Below, one piece after another: positions 13,067 through 27,131 of a DNA stretch of 64,000 nucleotides. This stretch comes from Botryllus schlosseri (Eukaryota): positions 26,290,001 through 26,354,000 of the forward strand of contig CM119371.1 in assembly GCA_051294905.1 (NCBI GenBank). The letters run 5' to 3'. The notes beneath the pieces were generated by a model, which made no database searches, had not been told where the DNA came from, and was given only the letters and a program-made list of their open reading frames with translations. The first letter of the stretch is position 1, and each line of letters opens with the position of its first letter. The position numbers and the translations under genes were made by a program.

Positions 13067-16000
13067 ATGGGAAAACTGCGAATTCTAATTTTCTGGGTCG
13101 GCGCATGTGCTGCCGTCGACCCACGCATAGTAGAGCAGGAAAAATGCACGCTGTAAGTATTTCCTTGCTACTTAATGATCCACCTTTGATAACGCAATGA
13201 TGTGCGCTTGTAGAAGAAGAATATAGTAATCTAAACCCTATCTACGGTCAATGTCCATCGTTCATTCCAACCATTCCGTGTCTCGTGGCAAAGGGCAGAC
13301 ATTACGCTTTAGATTCAAGCCCAAATATTGGAAACCCATGCGGTGCGGCAATACCCCTCTTACAGGAGGGATTGCAACAACCTTTAATAAAAAATTTCCT
13401 TCTTTATTTACTTCCTCTTTTGTTTCGTGACATCACCGGAACTTCCCCATTCTTTATATTTGGACAAAGCGAATAATGTGATACCACCGCAATACGAGTT
13501 ACCACCATTGTTCGGCGTAGCACAGGTATAGGTGAGAGTCTTTCAGCATTCATTGTGAACAATAAAATCAATATGGTGAAATACGTCACTTGAGTGTCAT
13601 TTGATAATATCTAATTTTGCTAACAGATGTAGACGGATTGCGCTCTCTGCCGAATCGTGTCTCTTGTTGCATATGCAGTCTCGACCGAACGTACGCTGTA
13701 ATGTACACCGAGATAACGCCAGAGTGATGTAATCCATGCCTAAGATATATGTAACACAGCTGTGTTGTAATCGATGAAGGTTTTATGGTTTCCGAATATA
13801 AATGCTGAAACAAGTGTGAATAGGTATCCCTTCCGCTATGCTCCTATCCATATAAACCACACACATACACACTCTGTATGATTTTAGTTTGAAAGTACAC
13901 GACCAGGCCTGAAATATAATTCTTATTTTATCGTAATATATAACCTTTCAATTTAATAACAATAAACGTTCCCTTACACTAGCAACGACAGAAGAGTCTC
14001 GATCTATCCGGAATGCATGCAGGGAAGCAACCTGATTTTGTGGTGTGATTATTCGAATTACACCCGAATTCCTGATCCCGATAACATATATCGATCGAAG
14101 TCATGCCGAAATACATTGAAACTTTTCGTCAATGACAGTTGTATAAGCGAACTCACAGAAGGTAGGTCAGCGTCTTTGATATCTTAAGCATCTTAGGTAG
14201 TATGGTTTATCACGCATAGATAGATGGCTATTCAATATTGATATAAGTAGTTACTTATTAGGTTTCCCCTTGTCCTTTAGTTAGACAAATACTCACTATC
14301 TCTCATTAGCATGAGTCATAGTACCAGACCTAAAACATAATTCTGGCAACACCTCCTAAAGATATACCACAGGTTTATTAGTGTTGATTGCTATCAAAAT
14401 TTATTATGTACTTTTTCTAACACGATAGAAATCGTGCAATTTGTCAGTGATTCCGTACCTTTCACAACAAAATCTTCCGTTAATCAATAAGAATGCACAT
14501 GTACGTGTTTCCAGATCAACTGAAAAAGTATGGGAACATAGAAGCTTTGGATTGCGGCAGGAATAAAATTCGCATTCTCCGTAGATCGGTGTTTCGCAAC
14601 AACCCCAATCTCAAGGAGATAGACTTGAGTCGAAACTACATCAAGCATATCGAGCATGGAACTTTTTCAGGTTAATATGGTGTGAGGCGCTGTTTGATAT
14701 GTGATTAAAGTGGGAATGAAAACTATTTGTCAATTTCTACAAGAGAAGTAAATACAATGAAAAGTAATGGTAATAATTTACAATAAAACAGCATCATGTC
14801 TGTATAGTGGAATAATAAACTGCATAAACAATTCTATACCCAATCATTATACGCTTGAAGTCTTCAGAGTTTCATCATGGTTGTTAAATTTTAATGTTTT
14901 TGAGATAATTCAGAATACGCAGATTAGACATATTAGAAATGGAAACGATCATATTGACGAATAGGTGTCATCTTATTTTGCAGGTTTGAGTCGTTTGGAG
15001 TTTATCTCCATGAGCAGCAATTTATTGGATGAGATTGTCGAGTCAACGTTTGGAGAGCTCGATTCATTGCAAAGACTGTCTTTACATAATAATTTCATAA
15101 CACTGTTGAAGAATGGAACGTTTCGCTATCTGCGTCATCTGAAAGTGTTAGACTTAACAGGTAGACATGATGAATCAGCGCATTACAGGGCTGTTAAATC
15201 TTCATCTTCTTGATCAAAATAACAAGTTTGAATTTTGAGCCATCACCTATACAGCTAATTGTAGTTACTAACACGTCTATTTAACCAGAGCTATGTTCGA
15301 GCTTCAAATGCTTTCGTCAGGTCACATATATAACTCTTTCATGCTGTGGCTATTACAGCCCTGTGTAACTGGAGCTTTGCATTTTGCACGCACCCAGTAA
15401 AGACATTCTCCTTACCCTCACCAGAACTAACGTAACGCTACAGTACAGAAAAAAAATCCCTACCTTCTGCAGGAAACGAAATAAGCATCATAGAAGACGG
15501 GGCATTCGATGGACTGGATGAGCTTGAGATGCTTCACTTGGATGGCAATAAAATAACTGGTTTGAAGATATCCATATTGGAATCCCTTCGCAATCTTAAA
15601 GTGCTAACGCTATCTCATAACTATCTGACTAGCTTCCCACCTTTCCAAAGGGTAAGTATTACTCTGAGGTTACTCTGTAGAACAGTAAAACTATATTTTC
15701 TTTGCTATACAGACTTATTTTCCTCATTTACATACGCTAGACGTCAGTCGGAATCGCATCTCCGCTATTGAAGATTCGAATTTAGCAACACTCCCCAAGC
15801 TTCAGTAAGTAGTTATCAGACTATGTGTCATTGTAAATTCCTAATATATATGAACGTATCGATGTGCTTGATATATATATTATCTAATAATAGGTTTAGT
15901 GTATGTGTCTTTTGCTTCAGAAATTTGAAGTTGAGAGACAACGAATTGCGATCAATGCAAGATGACGTATTTAGCACGAACGAAGAATTGAGAATGGTTG

Positions 16001-18297
16001 ATCTTTCGGGCAACAACTTAACAGAAATAGGACGGCATATGTTTGCGAATTCCTGGTAATGTGAAATATTTAGAAATTTATAACACCGTTTGATATATAA
16101 ATATATTACTTGTTTCCCATCTTAATACATACATTTTACAACATCAAGCCATTGCATACAGTAATGAAGTAATTTTATATTTTCCAAGTACTTAAGTACC
16201 TTTTTCTACTTGAGTGGTGAGTGGTGAGTGGTGAGTAATGAGTGGTGATTTGTCTACTCAAGTGGTGATATCTGTACACTAGATTCACTTCTACCAATAT
16301 TCAATATAAACTATTAACTCTTTAATATAGACTGTAAATATTCTAAAGCAGAAATCAGTTTTGAGGTATCATTGCACCACTTCTATCATTGATATTGTAT
16401 ACTTATATACAAATTTCCGGTCAAATTTGGAATTGTACGCTTCGGTAATTCTGATATTTTCCCACAATTCTTCAATTCATAATTAATCTCATAAGTCATT
16501 CGGTTCTTTTTTTGCAGCCATTTGGAGGAATTGAATTTAAGCGATAATCGCCTGAAAGTCTTCTACCTGGATTGGTACTTATCAGTGATTGGAAACGGAC
16601 ACCCACTTGGTAATGACATCGGTAGAAACCAATGGGAATGTACATGTGATATTTATCATCTCCATGTAAGTACGCCTTTGTTGTCCTTGTTGAATTTGCA
16701 ATATATGTTCGTAGTTTCAAAAGCTTCGGAATAAGTGGGGCTTCGCTATCTAGCTAAAACATAACGAGCTGACCGGATATTGCAGCATAATATGAAGGTA
16801 GGCGTGAGGCATATAGCACACATGTGAATATATGAGTTCATATTATATTCACATATACTTATTATGCATGGCGTGCATGTTTGGAGAATATTTAAAAGCA
16901 TATTGTGCCGTATGAATATATCCTTGTGCAGCATCACATCCCAATCTAAAGTGGTAGAATTCAATGGTAAATTTCCAATATAATTCGACAATTTCACTGG
17001 TAAACAATATTTTTGTACATCATCGACTTGGCGGGAATGAATGTTGATTCATAATTTTCTATAGCTGAATTCAAATATACCTTTCATCGCGAACATAGCG
17101 AGAATTTTAATTTGGAGGGTAACAATAATTAAATAAAGTGACGCCCCATCACTATTGTGAAGCTACGAGAGAGAATTTCACGACCAACAAATTTTAGATG
17201 ATCGAGATATTTCGAGCCAGTTTTCGTTCGAGATATATTTTGATTTGCCGACCTACGATCGTTCATGGAAACGAAATTCCATTGAAGTAATGATCCGCCT
17301 GTTGCATTGTTACAGATCGATATGTCACAGTTAGTGCTATGGCGCAATGAACTACGTCATTAATTTAACTATGGTTAATGTTGATAAAATTAAAAATTAA
17401 TGTAGATTGACATAATATGATTCTTGATTATTGCAAAAGGTACATATACCAACTCCTCGAATCTGTATTATTGCAATGACGTTATAAAGAGGTACACTAG
17501 ACTGTATTTGTACACTAAGAGGCTAGGGCCGCTAGGCCACCAAAGAAATTGAAAAAGAAATCAATTTGTGTTGTTGATATTTGTTGTATTAGATGTCTTC
17601 TTTCATCTACTCAAGTGTTATAATGATTGATTTCTCCGAAGTGTCACAAATTGAATTTGCCATGAGCCTATGTAGTCACGCCCCCATAATTCTGAACCTG
17701 CTAAAAAGCCAATATCCGATTCAGAATCGGATCACCCTAGTACTCGAATTTCCCCGATTCATATGAAAGAGCACTTTAATTTCCGTCATGTGATATTTTT
17801 GTATAATCGAACTAAAGTTGACATTTTATATTGTTCACGTGCTGACCAATAGCTGATTTACACAGAAAATGCTCAGATACAAGAAAGTCTGGAGGCAGAC
17901 GTTTCCTTCCGACTGTTATGCCGGGTTGGATAACGAAAGACAGCCAACTAAATGTGAAAATGCTCCACTGCATCTCACTCCTTCCTATCATTGCAAAAAG
18001 AAAACAAGAACCAAAAGCTCAAAACGATACGACTACGAGGCGGCATACGACGTATCTGCCGTGAGGAAGCAGATGGAACTAACCACAATCTCATCATCAA
18101 CCGAATCTCTGCCAACGATGAATGTATCTACTATTGTAATGCTAGTCGCCTTCATCACTGCGTTGCTCGCTGCCGCAACAATGGTGGTTACAGTTATTTA
18201 CCTTAGGAGACGACATGGGATGAGACATGAAAAGCAGCGAACTAGCGAAACAGGACGTGAAGACTCCATTTACATAGCGGATCCAACATCGGCGTGA
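13067..18297 (+). CDS. Single-pass leucine-rich-repeat transmembrane protein, paralog 1 (9 coding exons, ~527 aa, no TIR domain)
   Basis: GT-AG exons that join in frame: 13067-13152, 13983-14161, 14515-14670, 14984-15160, 15473-15651, 15713-15804, 15921-16055, 16518-16665, 17866-18297 (1584 nt). Signal-peptide-like MGKLRILIFWVGACAA; Cys N-cap (ECMQGSNLILWCDYSNYTRIP); repeated LxxLxLxxN (LKEIDLSRN, LQRLSLHNN, LEMLHLDGN, LKVLTLSHN, LRMVDLSGN); LRRCT-like NQWECTCD; TM IVMLVAFITALLAAATMVVTVIYL followed by RRRH. AATAAA near 19020 and 19072. Confidence 0.9.
16211..16270. repeat. (GAGTGGT)n heptamer tandem repeat in intron 7 of LRR gene 1
   Basis: tgagtggtgagtggtgagtggtgagtaatgagtggtga. Confidence 0.7.
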
Positions 18298-19436
18298 TTT
18301 GTCTGCTTTCGAAGTGATAATTAAGGAATTACTGCCGTCGGTGGTATGGTACTGTAATCCTGCGTAGCATTCTTACTTTGCGTATGCAACACTGCGCTCA
18401 CATTGGATATGCTCTGTCAAAGTCTAACCACATGCCTTGCTGCAAGACTCTTGCTCGCGCTGGCTACCTACTGCACGCCTTCATAGGCGCTTATTTCGAT
18501 GCTACCGTGTGAGAGGGATTCTGTGATTCTATATTATCGTAATATAGTTAGGTGCGAACGTCTTGAGGAGGAGTTTGGCACGAGAATAATAATAATGATT
18601 GCGATGGATGCTCCTCAAGTACTAATTCCGATATCATGTCTATGCAAAACAATATCGAATGGACATCGACTGTACTCATATCACTGCCTTCGAATGAGAT
18701 TTGTATATAATTTATTAACTTCTTCAACCTTGGTTTTCGTAATACATGGTAGTACGGTACAGATTACAAGTATTCATGCATGGTGTAACTTATGTCAATC
18801 GTTTCAATAATATTATATGTAATGACCACTCGTCTTCGACAAAAGTACCCAATTTACTTGGATTCATTTACTACCCTGATATCGCGTGTCTTTCTAAAAG
18901 GATATCATTTTTACAATTCCAGATTATGGATTATAGATGTTAGATTGTATATGCGTGTTCTGACATTATCGAATTCATGCATGTTCGTTATATTTGCGCC
19001 ATGAACGATAATCCTGACAAATAAACCTCATCATATTTTCAGGCTTGCGTCAGTACAAATATGTATCACCCAATAAAGGGATTAAAACACAACTTTCTCA
19101 TTGAGATGTACGCAAAAATACGATTGGCTTATTCATGAGTGTGTGATACACACTGTGTATGAATGACTTATATTGAGCACTATGTTAGCAAGAGTTATGG
19201 GAAATATACCTCGACTTATATCGATCGTATGTTACAACACCTTCATATTTTGAATGCAACAAATTCTATGTTTTCAAGTTGTTCACCAGACCTTATTATC
19301 TCTGTGCCATTCGTGAACTATCTCTGGTAGCACTTATGACCAGTATCCCCATCTTTTTTTACGAAAATGTATACATGTACATCAGTACATGCATAGTAAA
19401 ATCTAATTTGTGGATAAAAAATCCATCATTTATCAT

Positions 19437-21169
19437 CAGGGTTGCCATACCGTCCTTATTTCTAAGATTTGTCCTTATTTTGAAGGGCCACGTCTTAGAA
19501 AACTCATCTGTCCTTATTTCTAAGAAATGTCCTTATTTTCGACTTGCGTCCTTATTTTGTCTTATTTTCAACCGCTACAGAACTTCGATCGTTTTCCTCT
19601 GGTATCTGTGCTGCACAATATTATGAAATTATGCTTTTTCGCCGAGATTTATGACATCATAAATGAAAGGAACTCTCGTGACGTACACACCACAAGATTT
19701 GATTTCTAAGTGGTGAGATAGCTAGGGCAGTCAGTGGTAGTATCGCGGTTTTGTCTTTACCAAGCTACCGCAGCGGACGTCAATTTAGCAGTAAACAGCA
19801 GTAACAGGTTTTTGCTGTTTGGTCTACAGCAGAATAAGCTCAAGCTGTGGGGAAGGTAGCATTTATTGTGTGGTGAAAAAAGGCGTAGTGCAGTCGACAC
19901 ATTGGTTAAAAAGTAGTAACGCTATAAATAATTGATAAATTTTTCTAAATTATATTGCATTTGCGCATATAGTTTTTGCTACAAATAAGGCTAAATCTGA
20001 TTAGTTTAAATGAACAGGCGTAAAAACGTTTCTCGTGACGATTATGAGAGAGAATCTAAAGGTTTCTAACGAAACTTGAAGGGCGAGTGTTTCGCACATA
20101 GCAATATCTGCAATTGTGACATTAACCTGGAGGCCATACGAAAGACTGCTATTTCAACTCACATTGATACCCCGAAACACAAGAAGTGTGTCATGATGAT
20201 TAATTTGAGCCAGTCGATGAAAAATTTTTTCCACAAGTCGATCAGCACCAACGACCACAGACTACAAGGCAGCTGCTGCTAAGAGTATACCTCACGTACC
20301 TTGGCATTCCATACTGTCGAACACCAGCAATCATTCATCACCATCGATGGCACATCGCAATTGTTCAAAGCAATATTCCCCGATGTCAACATTGCAAATA
20401 AGTTTTCTTCGGCCAGGACCAAGACTGCAAGCATTGTTACTGGAATTTTTGCTCCGACAAGATAGCGTAATGGTTAAGCGTCCGGCTTCTTGATCGGTAG
20501 GTCGTGGGTTCGATTCCCGACCGGGTCAGACCAAAGACTTGATTAGTAACACTGGTATCCATGGCTTCCCTGCTTGGCGCTCATGCATTACTGGGATAGC
20601 ATGGAGGGGTGGTGCATGACTTAGAAAGCCGCAAAGGCTATATCTGCACTTCCTTGTCCAGCGGCATATGCACATCATGCACTCATGGTATGCATATGCG
20701 CAGATCGTGTGTATGTGTATCATGGGTCGGTGTATATGCCGCAAAAACATCAAGGACAAAAATAAACTACGTCCTTTCCTTTTCCTTTTCCATACGCTCA
20801 AAAATGATTTTGTCTAAACTTAGTGTACGGCCTTTTTCCAGCTTGGTTGACGCCTCTAACGAGGTGAAGAAATTTGGTTTATCACCCAAGTGGGGAGGGG
20901 GGCAAGACCAACGGTGTTTTTTTGCAGGGGGGCTGACGGAGTGCTGTTTCGGCCCTGAATAAAGATAAACCTAGACCTGAGCTGTCGTGAGATGCATGAA
21001 GCACTTTCTAATAAAAAGGAGTTGCTGGAGCAGGTTATTTCTGGTGAAAAGTATGGAAAGTGATGTGCCACGGCTCGTATAGATACAAACTATGTACAAA
21101 AACGCTTTTTCATAATCATCCAATTTTTCGACTGTCCTTATTTTTGGGTCCATGTCGATGGCAACCCTG
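19437..21169 (+). mobile_element. Deleted/decayed hAT element with transposase remnants, interrupted by a SINE
   Basis: TIR CAGGGTTGCCAT / ATGGCAACCCTG; perfect TSD TTTATCAT (19429-19436, 21170-21177); GTCCTTATTT subterminal repeats. Remnant peptides FAHSNICNCDINLE...HIDTPKHK and AFHTVEHQQSF...IFPDVNIANKFSSARTKTASIVTGIFAP, resuming after the SINE as YAQKMILSKLSVRPFSSLVDASN. Confidence 0.9.
20456..20790 (+). mobile_element. tRNA-derived SINE, family A (MetaSINE-like core)
   Basis: A box TAGCGTAATGG, B box GGTTCGATTCC, core GGTCAGACCAAAGACT...GGTATCCATGGCTTCCCTGCTTGGCGCTCA, (CCTTT)n tail. Second copy at 41266. Confidence 0.85.
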
Positions 21170-22717
21170 TTTATCATTGAAATCAAGCGAATATGGTTAC
21201 CCTAATATAGGCTACCATAAAACTTTTCGCACTTTTATGCTAGTAATTCTCCCCGTGTCAGTAGTATTGCATGTTGCTTATTTTCAAGTTATTTACTCTA
21301 GCAGTTATATAGAGACTATTTTTTTTACTGTAGCCTCATTTTATTGTTACAATGAATTTTACAAAAACATGTGATTATTATCCTTGAATGGCAGTTTGCA
21401 ACGTGTAATTGTTTACGATGAGACATAATTCATTATATGGAAAGGTTCGTTAAGTATGGTTGGGGCAGTCACTGCTGCATCGCACACCCCCAATTGAGGG
21501 GGTCCGATCTCAAAGATCGCCCAAAAGTATTTCGTAAATCACCATAAATTATGCAGTATTTTTTGGATATTTACAGAACTTTTTCCAATTTTTTTCCGCG
21601 CATTGCGCGATTTACTTCCGCTAACTCTCTTGATATTAATATGGGTACACCTCTGAAAAGAAGAAAAACACACAATTTATAGAGATAGGCATTTCGGCGT
21701 CGGTAATTACCGCGTCACGTCACACCAAGACATTGACAACGACGTTTCAGCCAACATGCGACTCTGCGAAGTGTGCTGGCAAAACTCCTCGGCGGCGAGA
21801 AAACCTTGACCGAAAAGGACCAGACCGTATCGTGCTGGCCGAAACCGATATGTCCAATTTGCCATTGTCCATAGGTGCCTAAATCACTGGTGCCTAATAT
21901 TCTTGTTCTCAGACGGGGGGTTTCCAAACTAATAAAGTGCTGACAGAAGATGAAATCCTTCAATAAGAAATATGAATTTAATGTTTTTGCTGAATAATAT
22001 TTTATATCATTCTGAAACCAGCTATGAAAGAATCTATTTTCGATTTGGAATCGTAGTTTTTGTACAATATGGAGTTGTGTGATACAAGCTACAACAGAAT
22101 GTTGGTAAGGTTCATGAACGGCTGCGATTTTAACAGGCAGTTCTAACAGTTGGTTTCGGAGATCGAGCCTCATTTACACAAAAGGGTACTTTTTTCGTGT
22201 GAATATTTGGAAGCAGTGAATTGATGGAATATCTTTCATGGTCATAAGATCAGTCATGATACACTTTCCCATCGCACACACTCCCCCAGTGGTTAATTAA
22301 AAAAATCAGCAACTTGCTTGTAATTTTCTTTTTGGACATTTATAGCGCAAGGATATATGGAAATGAGATAAAAGCATGTTTCATTTGTAGGTTTTAAGCC
22401 CAAGACTAGCTTTCTAGTATCAGCGGTCGTCGAGATATGGCAAAAGTGGTTATTCACTGCTCGTTTGATGAAATTGCACTCAGGGTACAAGAAATCAAAA
22501 TAATGATTGAAGTTGTAATATCATATTTGGAGTCACAAGTTCAATTTTTGAAATTTTTTCATTCCAACCTAATAGAATAGGTTAACTGTAAACGACGACT
22601 CATCTTAATTTGTTCATTGTTAATAAATCGCAATTCGGTTTTCCACGGACACGATATTGAGCCACGGCATGAAAAATATATTGAACTTCCGCACTGAACA
22701 AACACACCACACAACAG

Positions 22718-22986
22718 TGGCGAGATAGCGCAGTGGTATAATCCGCGGCTGCAACACCAATAAGTGCGGGTGCGAGTCCGATCGAGGTCGACTTCTGATT
22801 TCCGATTCCTAAGTGTTGGAGGTTTACCTAGGCTCCTCCTCGCCACCTCATCCGCGGCAGCGGTGTCTTGCAAAAAGCCTAGAGGTGGGCCGTGCTATAA
22901 GTCGGCAGTTACGATGGATAAGAAGAATATCGGCCTGGTGTAAATGACCATAGTAGTCGACAAACACCATGAATACCCCAAACCAA
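22718..22986 (+). mobile_element. tRNA-derived SINE, family B (full length); 5'-truncated copy at ~9432-9568
   Basis: A box TAGCGCAGTGG, B-box-like GGTGCGAGTCC; 14-bp TSD ACACCAC(A/G)CAACAG (22704-22717, 22987-23000). The 3' half aligns with 9445-9565. Confidence 0.85.
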
Positions 22987-23966
22987 ACACCACGCAACAG
23001 GAAGAGGGTGATACGAAGAATATTTTACCGCAAATAACGTAATTTGAGCGTGCGTAGCCTACATTTGATTGATAGCATACCCTACACCGAATGGCTTCAC
23101 AAGGGGGACCCTTTGAGTCAGAAATTAACAGTGCGACCCACGCTATTTCCATTATATTCATTGAGCACTGAATGTAACTGTCACAGAGCGGTTTACCACT
23201 GTCGTTTAACCTCTGTGAATAGTGCTACCATTAGGTCAATATTCCCGACACCTCTGAACTTGGTGTGTACTTTTATTTTTATCCCTACAATTGTTTGGAA
23301 AACCTTCTATCATTATTATATTCTTTATTCACAGTAAAACTGGTAAATACTCACATAATCCGTAGAGCAACATGCCCCCAAAGGAAAATGGCGAGATTGG
23401 AGTAAATTTTTAAAATTTCTGTAATACAGTCTTGTGATTCTTTTTGTAGTCTATTTTGATCAGCTGGGACCGCCAGTTCGATAAATAAGCATTATGTTTT
23501 CTCTTTTAGTTTGATTATCATATCCAGGCGATTGCTCCTGATTTCGCGGTCAGTTATAACTGGTACACCCCACAGAATTTTAGCTTGGTGGTTTTCTGTC
23601 ACTGGTGCAGGGCTATAATCATGCCAATTTTTTGTCGAAGTGGGGATGTTAAAATGTTTGCATAATTCAAGATGAATGTAGTGACCTATCCTGTTGTGTC
23701 TCCGTGTGTATTCGTTAACAAAGAAGAGATGGTGACGCTTTTCACATTGAAGCCTTTTGCGTCACACCATCGCATGCATTTGAAAGCTGCACAAACTTAA
23801 AATGCAAGAAATAATGGAATGACAGAAAACACCGACAGAAGCTTATACTAGCAGATTCCAGTGATATGTAGGTACACAACAAAAACGGAAACGTAAGCAC
23901 TAGAAATTCAGAGACATAAACATTCAACAAACGCACCGTGTTGCCGTGACATATTGAATTACATGG

Positions 23967-24855
23967 CAGTGTTGAATCGAGTCAGACACGCGTCACCTTT
24001 TTGACTCGACTTGACTCGAGTCACTTTGCTAAAATGACTTGACTTGACTCGACGTATCAGAAATGTGGATTGACTCGTGACTCGGAGCCAAATGCACGAG
24101 TCAATTTCAAGTCATCAATTAATCGGTGTCGATAAAAATCTGTATCTTGCATATGGTCGGATTGTTCGCGAACCGCTGGTGTTACCCATGAGAGCGACCA
24201 ATCATTCCATGATCGTGCTTTTTACTTGCCTCTATTGTTTTCTCACAAATAAAGTTAACGCAAACGAAATGGTCGAATCTTACGGCCAATGCTGTCGTAA
24301 ACTAGTGGTAAAGTAAATGAATAGTAAAATGTCTATTTCTGTTCTCCCCTTCACCAAACCTCTTATTTTATTGAAATTGATTTCGAATATAGTTTATATA
24401 GTTCTCAATCATTGGCGCAGGCTTGAATTCTATCATATCAATTTGTAAATGGGTAATGCATTGCATCATATCAAATCGTTTCTCTATTCTTTATTTTGGC
24501 TGGTAACTATAAATTGAGACTATGAAATTGCTTACGTTGTTCAACAGTTCTACGTATATGTGAGCGATACAGCACCTTCTTGCGTATATATTTAACTCTA
24601 TACTCGTTCATCGGTTCAGAATCAATGACCACTCAATCTGTATTTCAGACAGCTAGCATAATGCAATGACGTAATCATGCGTCATACTTCGAAAAGGCAA
24701 CTTGACTGGAATTGTGACTTGACTCGTGACTTAACTTGACTCGACTTGACTCGAGTCACCTCCGAAAATCAAGTGACTTGACTTGACTCGAGTCAAAATG
24801 TTCAATGACTCGAAATGACTCGTGACTCGAAGGTAGTGACTTTATCCCAACAGTG
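23967..24855. mobile_element. hAT MITE with GACTT/GACTCGAGTC subterminal repeats; related fragment at ~34470-34622
   Basis: CAGTGTTG / CAACAGTG ends; TSD TTACATGG/TTACATAG. Confidence 0.8.
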
Positions 24856-27131
24856 TTACATAGTTTAGCATACGTTCACCAGATAAAAATATTACTGTAT
24901 TTAAAAGATTGTCATTTTAATATAGTGTTCACATAAAGGAGAATCATTACAGAAGGGCGTCTAAAGCAGGGGTCAACTGAAAACGGGTCACGGCAATATG
25001 CAATATCCAGACAAAATAGGCTACATACAGATGAGCAGCCACATGTTTAGAACTTTACGTTAGCACGAGGCTGTGCTCTCTCGAATGGACGACGGACATA
25101 GCTACCACAAGAGAAAGAATATTTTTTCAATGCAACAAGAAATAATATGATCATCAACTTTTATATGATTTTGAAATATGAGCTGCACACGTTACCTGAC
25201 AACGCTCTCCAGTGACTGTGGAATCGATATTTAGGCTAGCGAGAGAGGTTACTAAAGCTGAAAAACCATCTCCTACTAAAGCTTGATCTTGTGAAGAAGG
25301 AAACATGGAGTCGTTTTCTAAGCGTCTCGGTCGTGGCAGTTTCTGGGTGATTGCACGTCAAGGCAACACGCCCATTCATATCACCTGATTCATCCTCCAT
25401 GGAATGCTGTTTCCGCAGCTGCTTCAGCTGGTCATAAATAGTGACGTCGCCATAGGCAAATATGTTATTTTGAACGAAAACTACAATATTCTGAAACTCA
25501 AACTAAATTTCAGCATTTCAAAATGCTTTACTTGGCGTTCCTTCGAAATCTCAAATCAGATCGGGGGCCGCAAAATATGATTTCGCGGGCCATGTGTTGG
25601 TAACACTTGTTCTAAGACAGGGGCAATCTGCAGCCGTGGAAAGAAATCTGTGCGACCGTCGACATGTAATTCGATAAGTAGGCACGTGTTGGCGTACGTC
25701 GACATGAAAATTGAATTGACGAATTGAATCACGAATTTTTGGGAGATGTCAATTATTCTTGAAAATTTCTTCGCGCCGGGAGCGATTCCAAGCAACTTCA
25801 TTTTTCAAGTTTAATACAGTAGTGCTCTTTGCAATCTGAGCCCCACAGTACAAATGCGAAGAGCAGAGGAAAATGATGCACGCTATATAAAAGAACCAGC
25901 TCCCGAATCGTGTGTTTCGTTTGGGCGTTTGCAATATCATTACACTTTACCGAAAATCCTGATGGGAGGTCAATAAATAACAACATGCAAGAAAGTGACC
26001 CATAACCAATGTTCCCCCTAAGCTGCGCACGTGCGCAAATGCGCAGTGCTGAAACGGTCTCTGCGCACAGAAAATCTAGGCTGCGCACAAAAAATCCGAA
26101 ATGATGATTTTTTTTCAGTCGTTGCGCACTGTTGTCCAAGGGACCGCGCAGGCGAGCAGAAAATTTATAGGGAACATAGCCAGGGGAAAATAGTGCTATC
26201 GCTGAAGTCTGAAGGCGAGGCACAAGTGCTGCCCGCAAAGGTAGATATTGCGCTCCGTGAAGAAATGAGAATCTGCAATCACGTGCGCCTCGCGAACGAA
26301 ATTTTCTTTTAGTATGGTCTCGTACGCGTGAGCGATACTGATTTCATTTCAATAGCGCAATCTTTTCTGGAAATGGCGAAATAACATGGTTTAACAAAGT
26401 TATAAATAACAATGGGCTAGCTCAAAGTTAATCTGCGAGAAACTAACAAATAGTATTTTCCGCGTGGCATGAACATTGCGTAAGATCTACTGTACAATTA
26501 CATGCCGTGAATTTTCGAAGTCATCACCTCCATCAGGCGAATCTGATCACGTATGGTGAGATAGGATAATGGCAATATGCAAGCGATTCGTTTAACATGA
26601 AATGGTTGTCGGAGCATGTGAAAACGGAAGAAAAAATTGTAAAATTAGTTGAGAATTTTTCTTTTTCGAGCGAGAAAGGTCTGCAAAATATGTCTAGAAC
26701 AGTGGTTCCCAACCTTTTTCAGTGGCAGGGACAAATTTAGAATTCAGAGTACGGTCGGGGCCGCACGAATACCAGGGCAATGAAAGGAACCCAGATTAGT
26801 CACCAAGATATTAAAATTCGCATTGTTCCGATCATTCGCGTGACGCCATTAGCCATTGTGTTGCCGCGCTCCCGTTGTTCAGAAAAATCAACCTTTGGTG
26901 GCGATTTCGGAGTAGTTTTATTGCCCTAGCGAGCATACAATTCGTATTTTTCGAATCAGTGCGACACCTCCTTTCGATAAACACCGTCATATCAAATTAT
27001 TCGGACGCGTGGGTCGCGAGCTATAGGACTACCATAATTATGCTATTTTTCCGGCTAAGCAGTACGCATCTCGGCGTATTCAATCGTGAGTCACTTGTTG
27101 CACATCTATCCGTAAATTCGTTATCAATACC

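Noticed and set aside
13067..18297. Toll-like receptor or VLR assignment
   Set aside because: Tails are only ~30-35 aa with no TIR. The genes are multi-exon with a TM helix, and no flanking LRR cassette library is visible.
20456..20530. tRNA genes (also 22718, 36190-36265, 41266)
   Set aside because: A/B boxes are present but there is no convincing cloverleaf, and each continues into a repeated SINE body.
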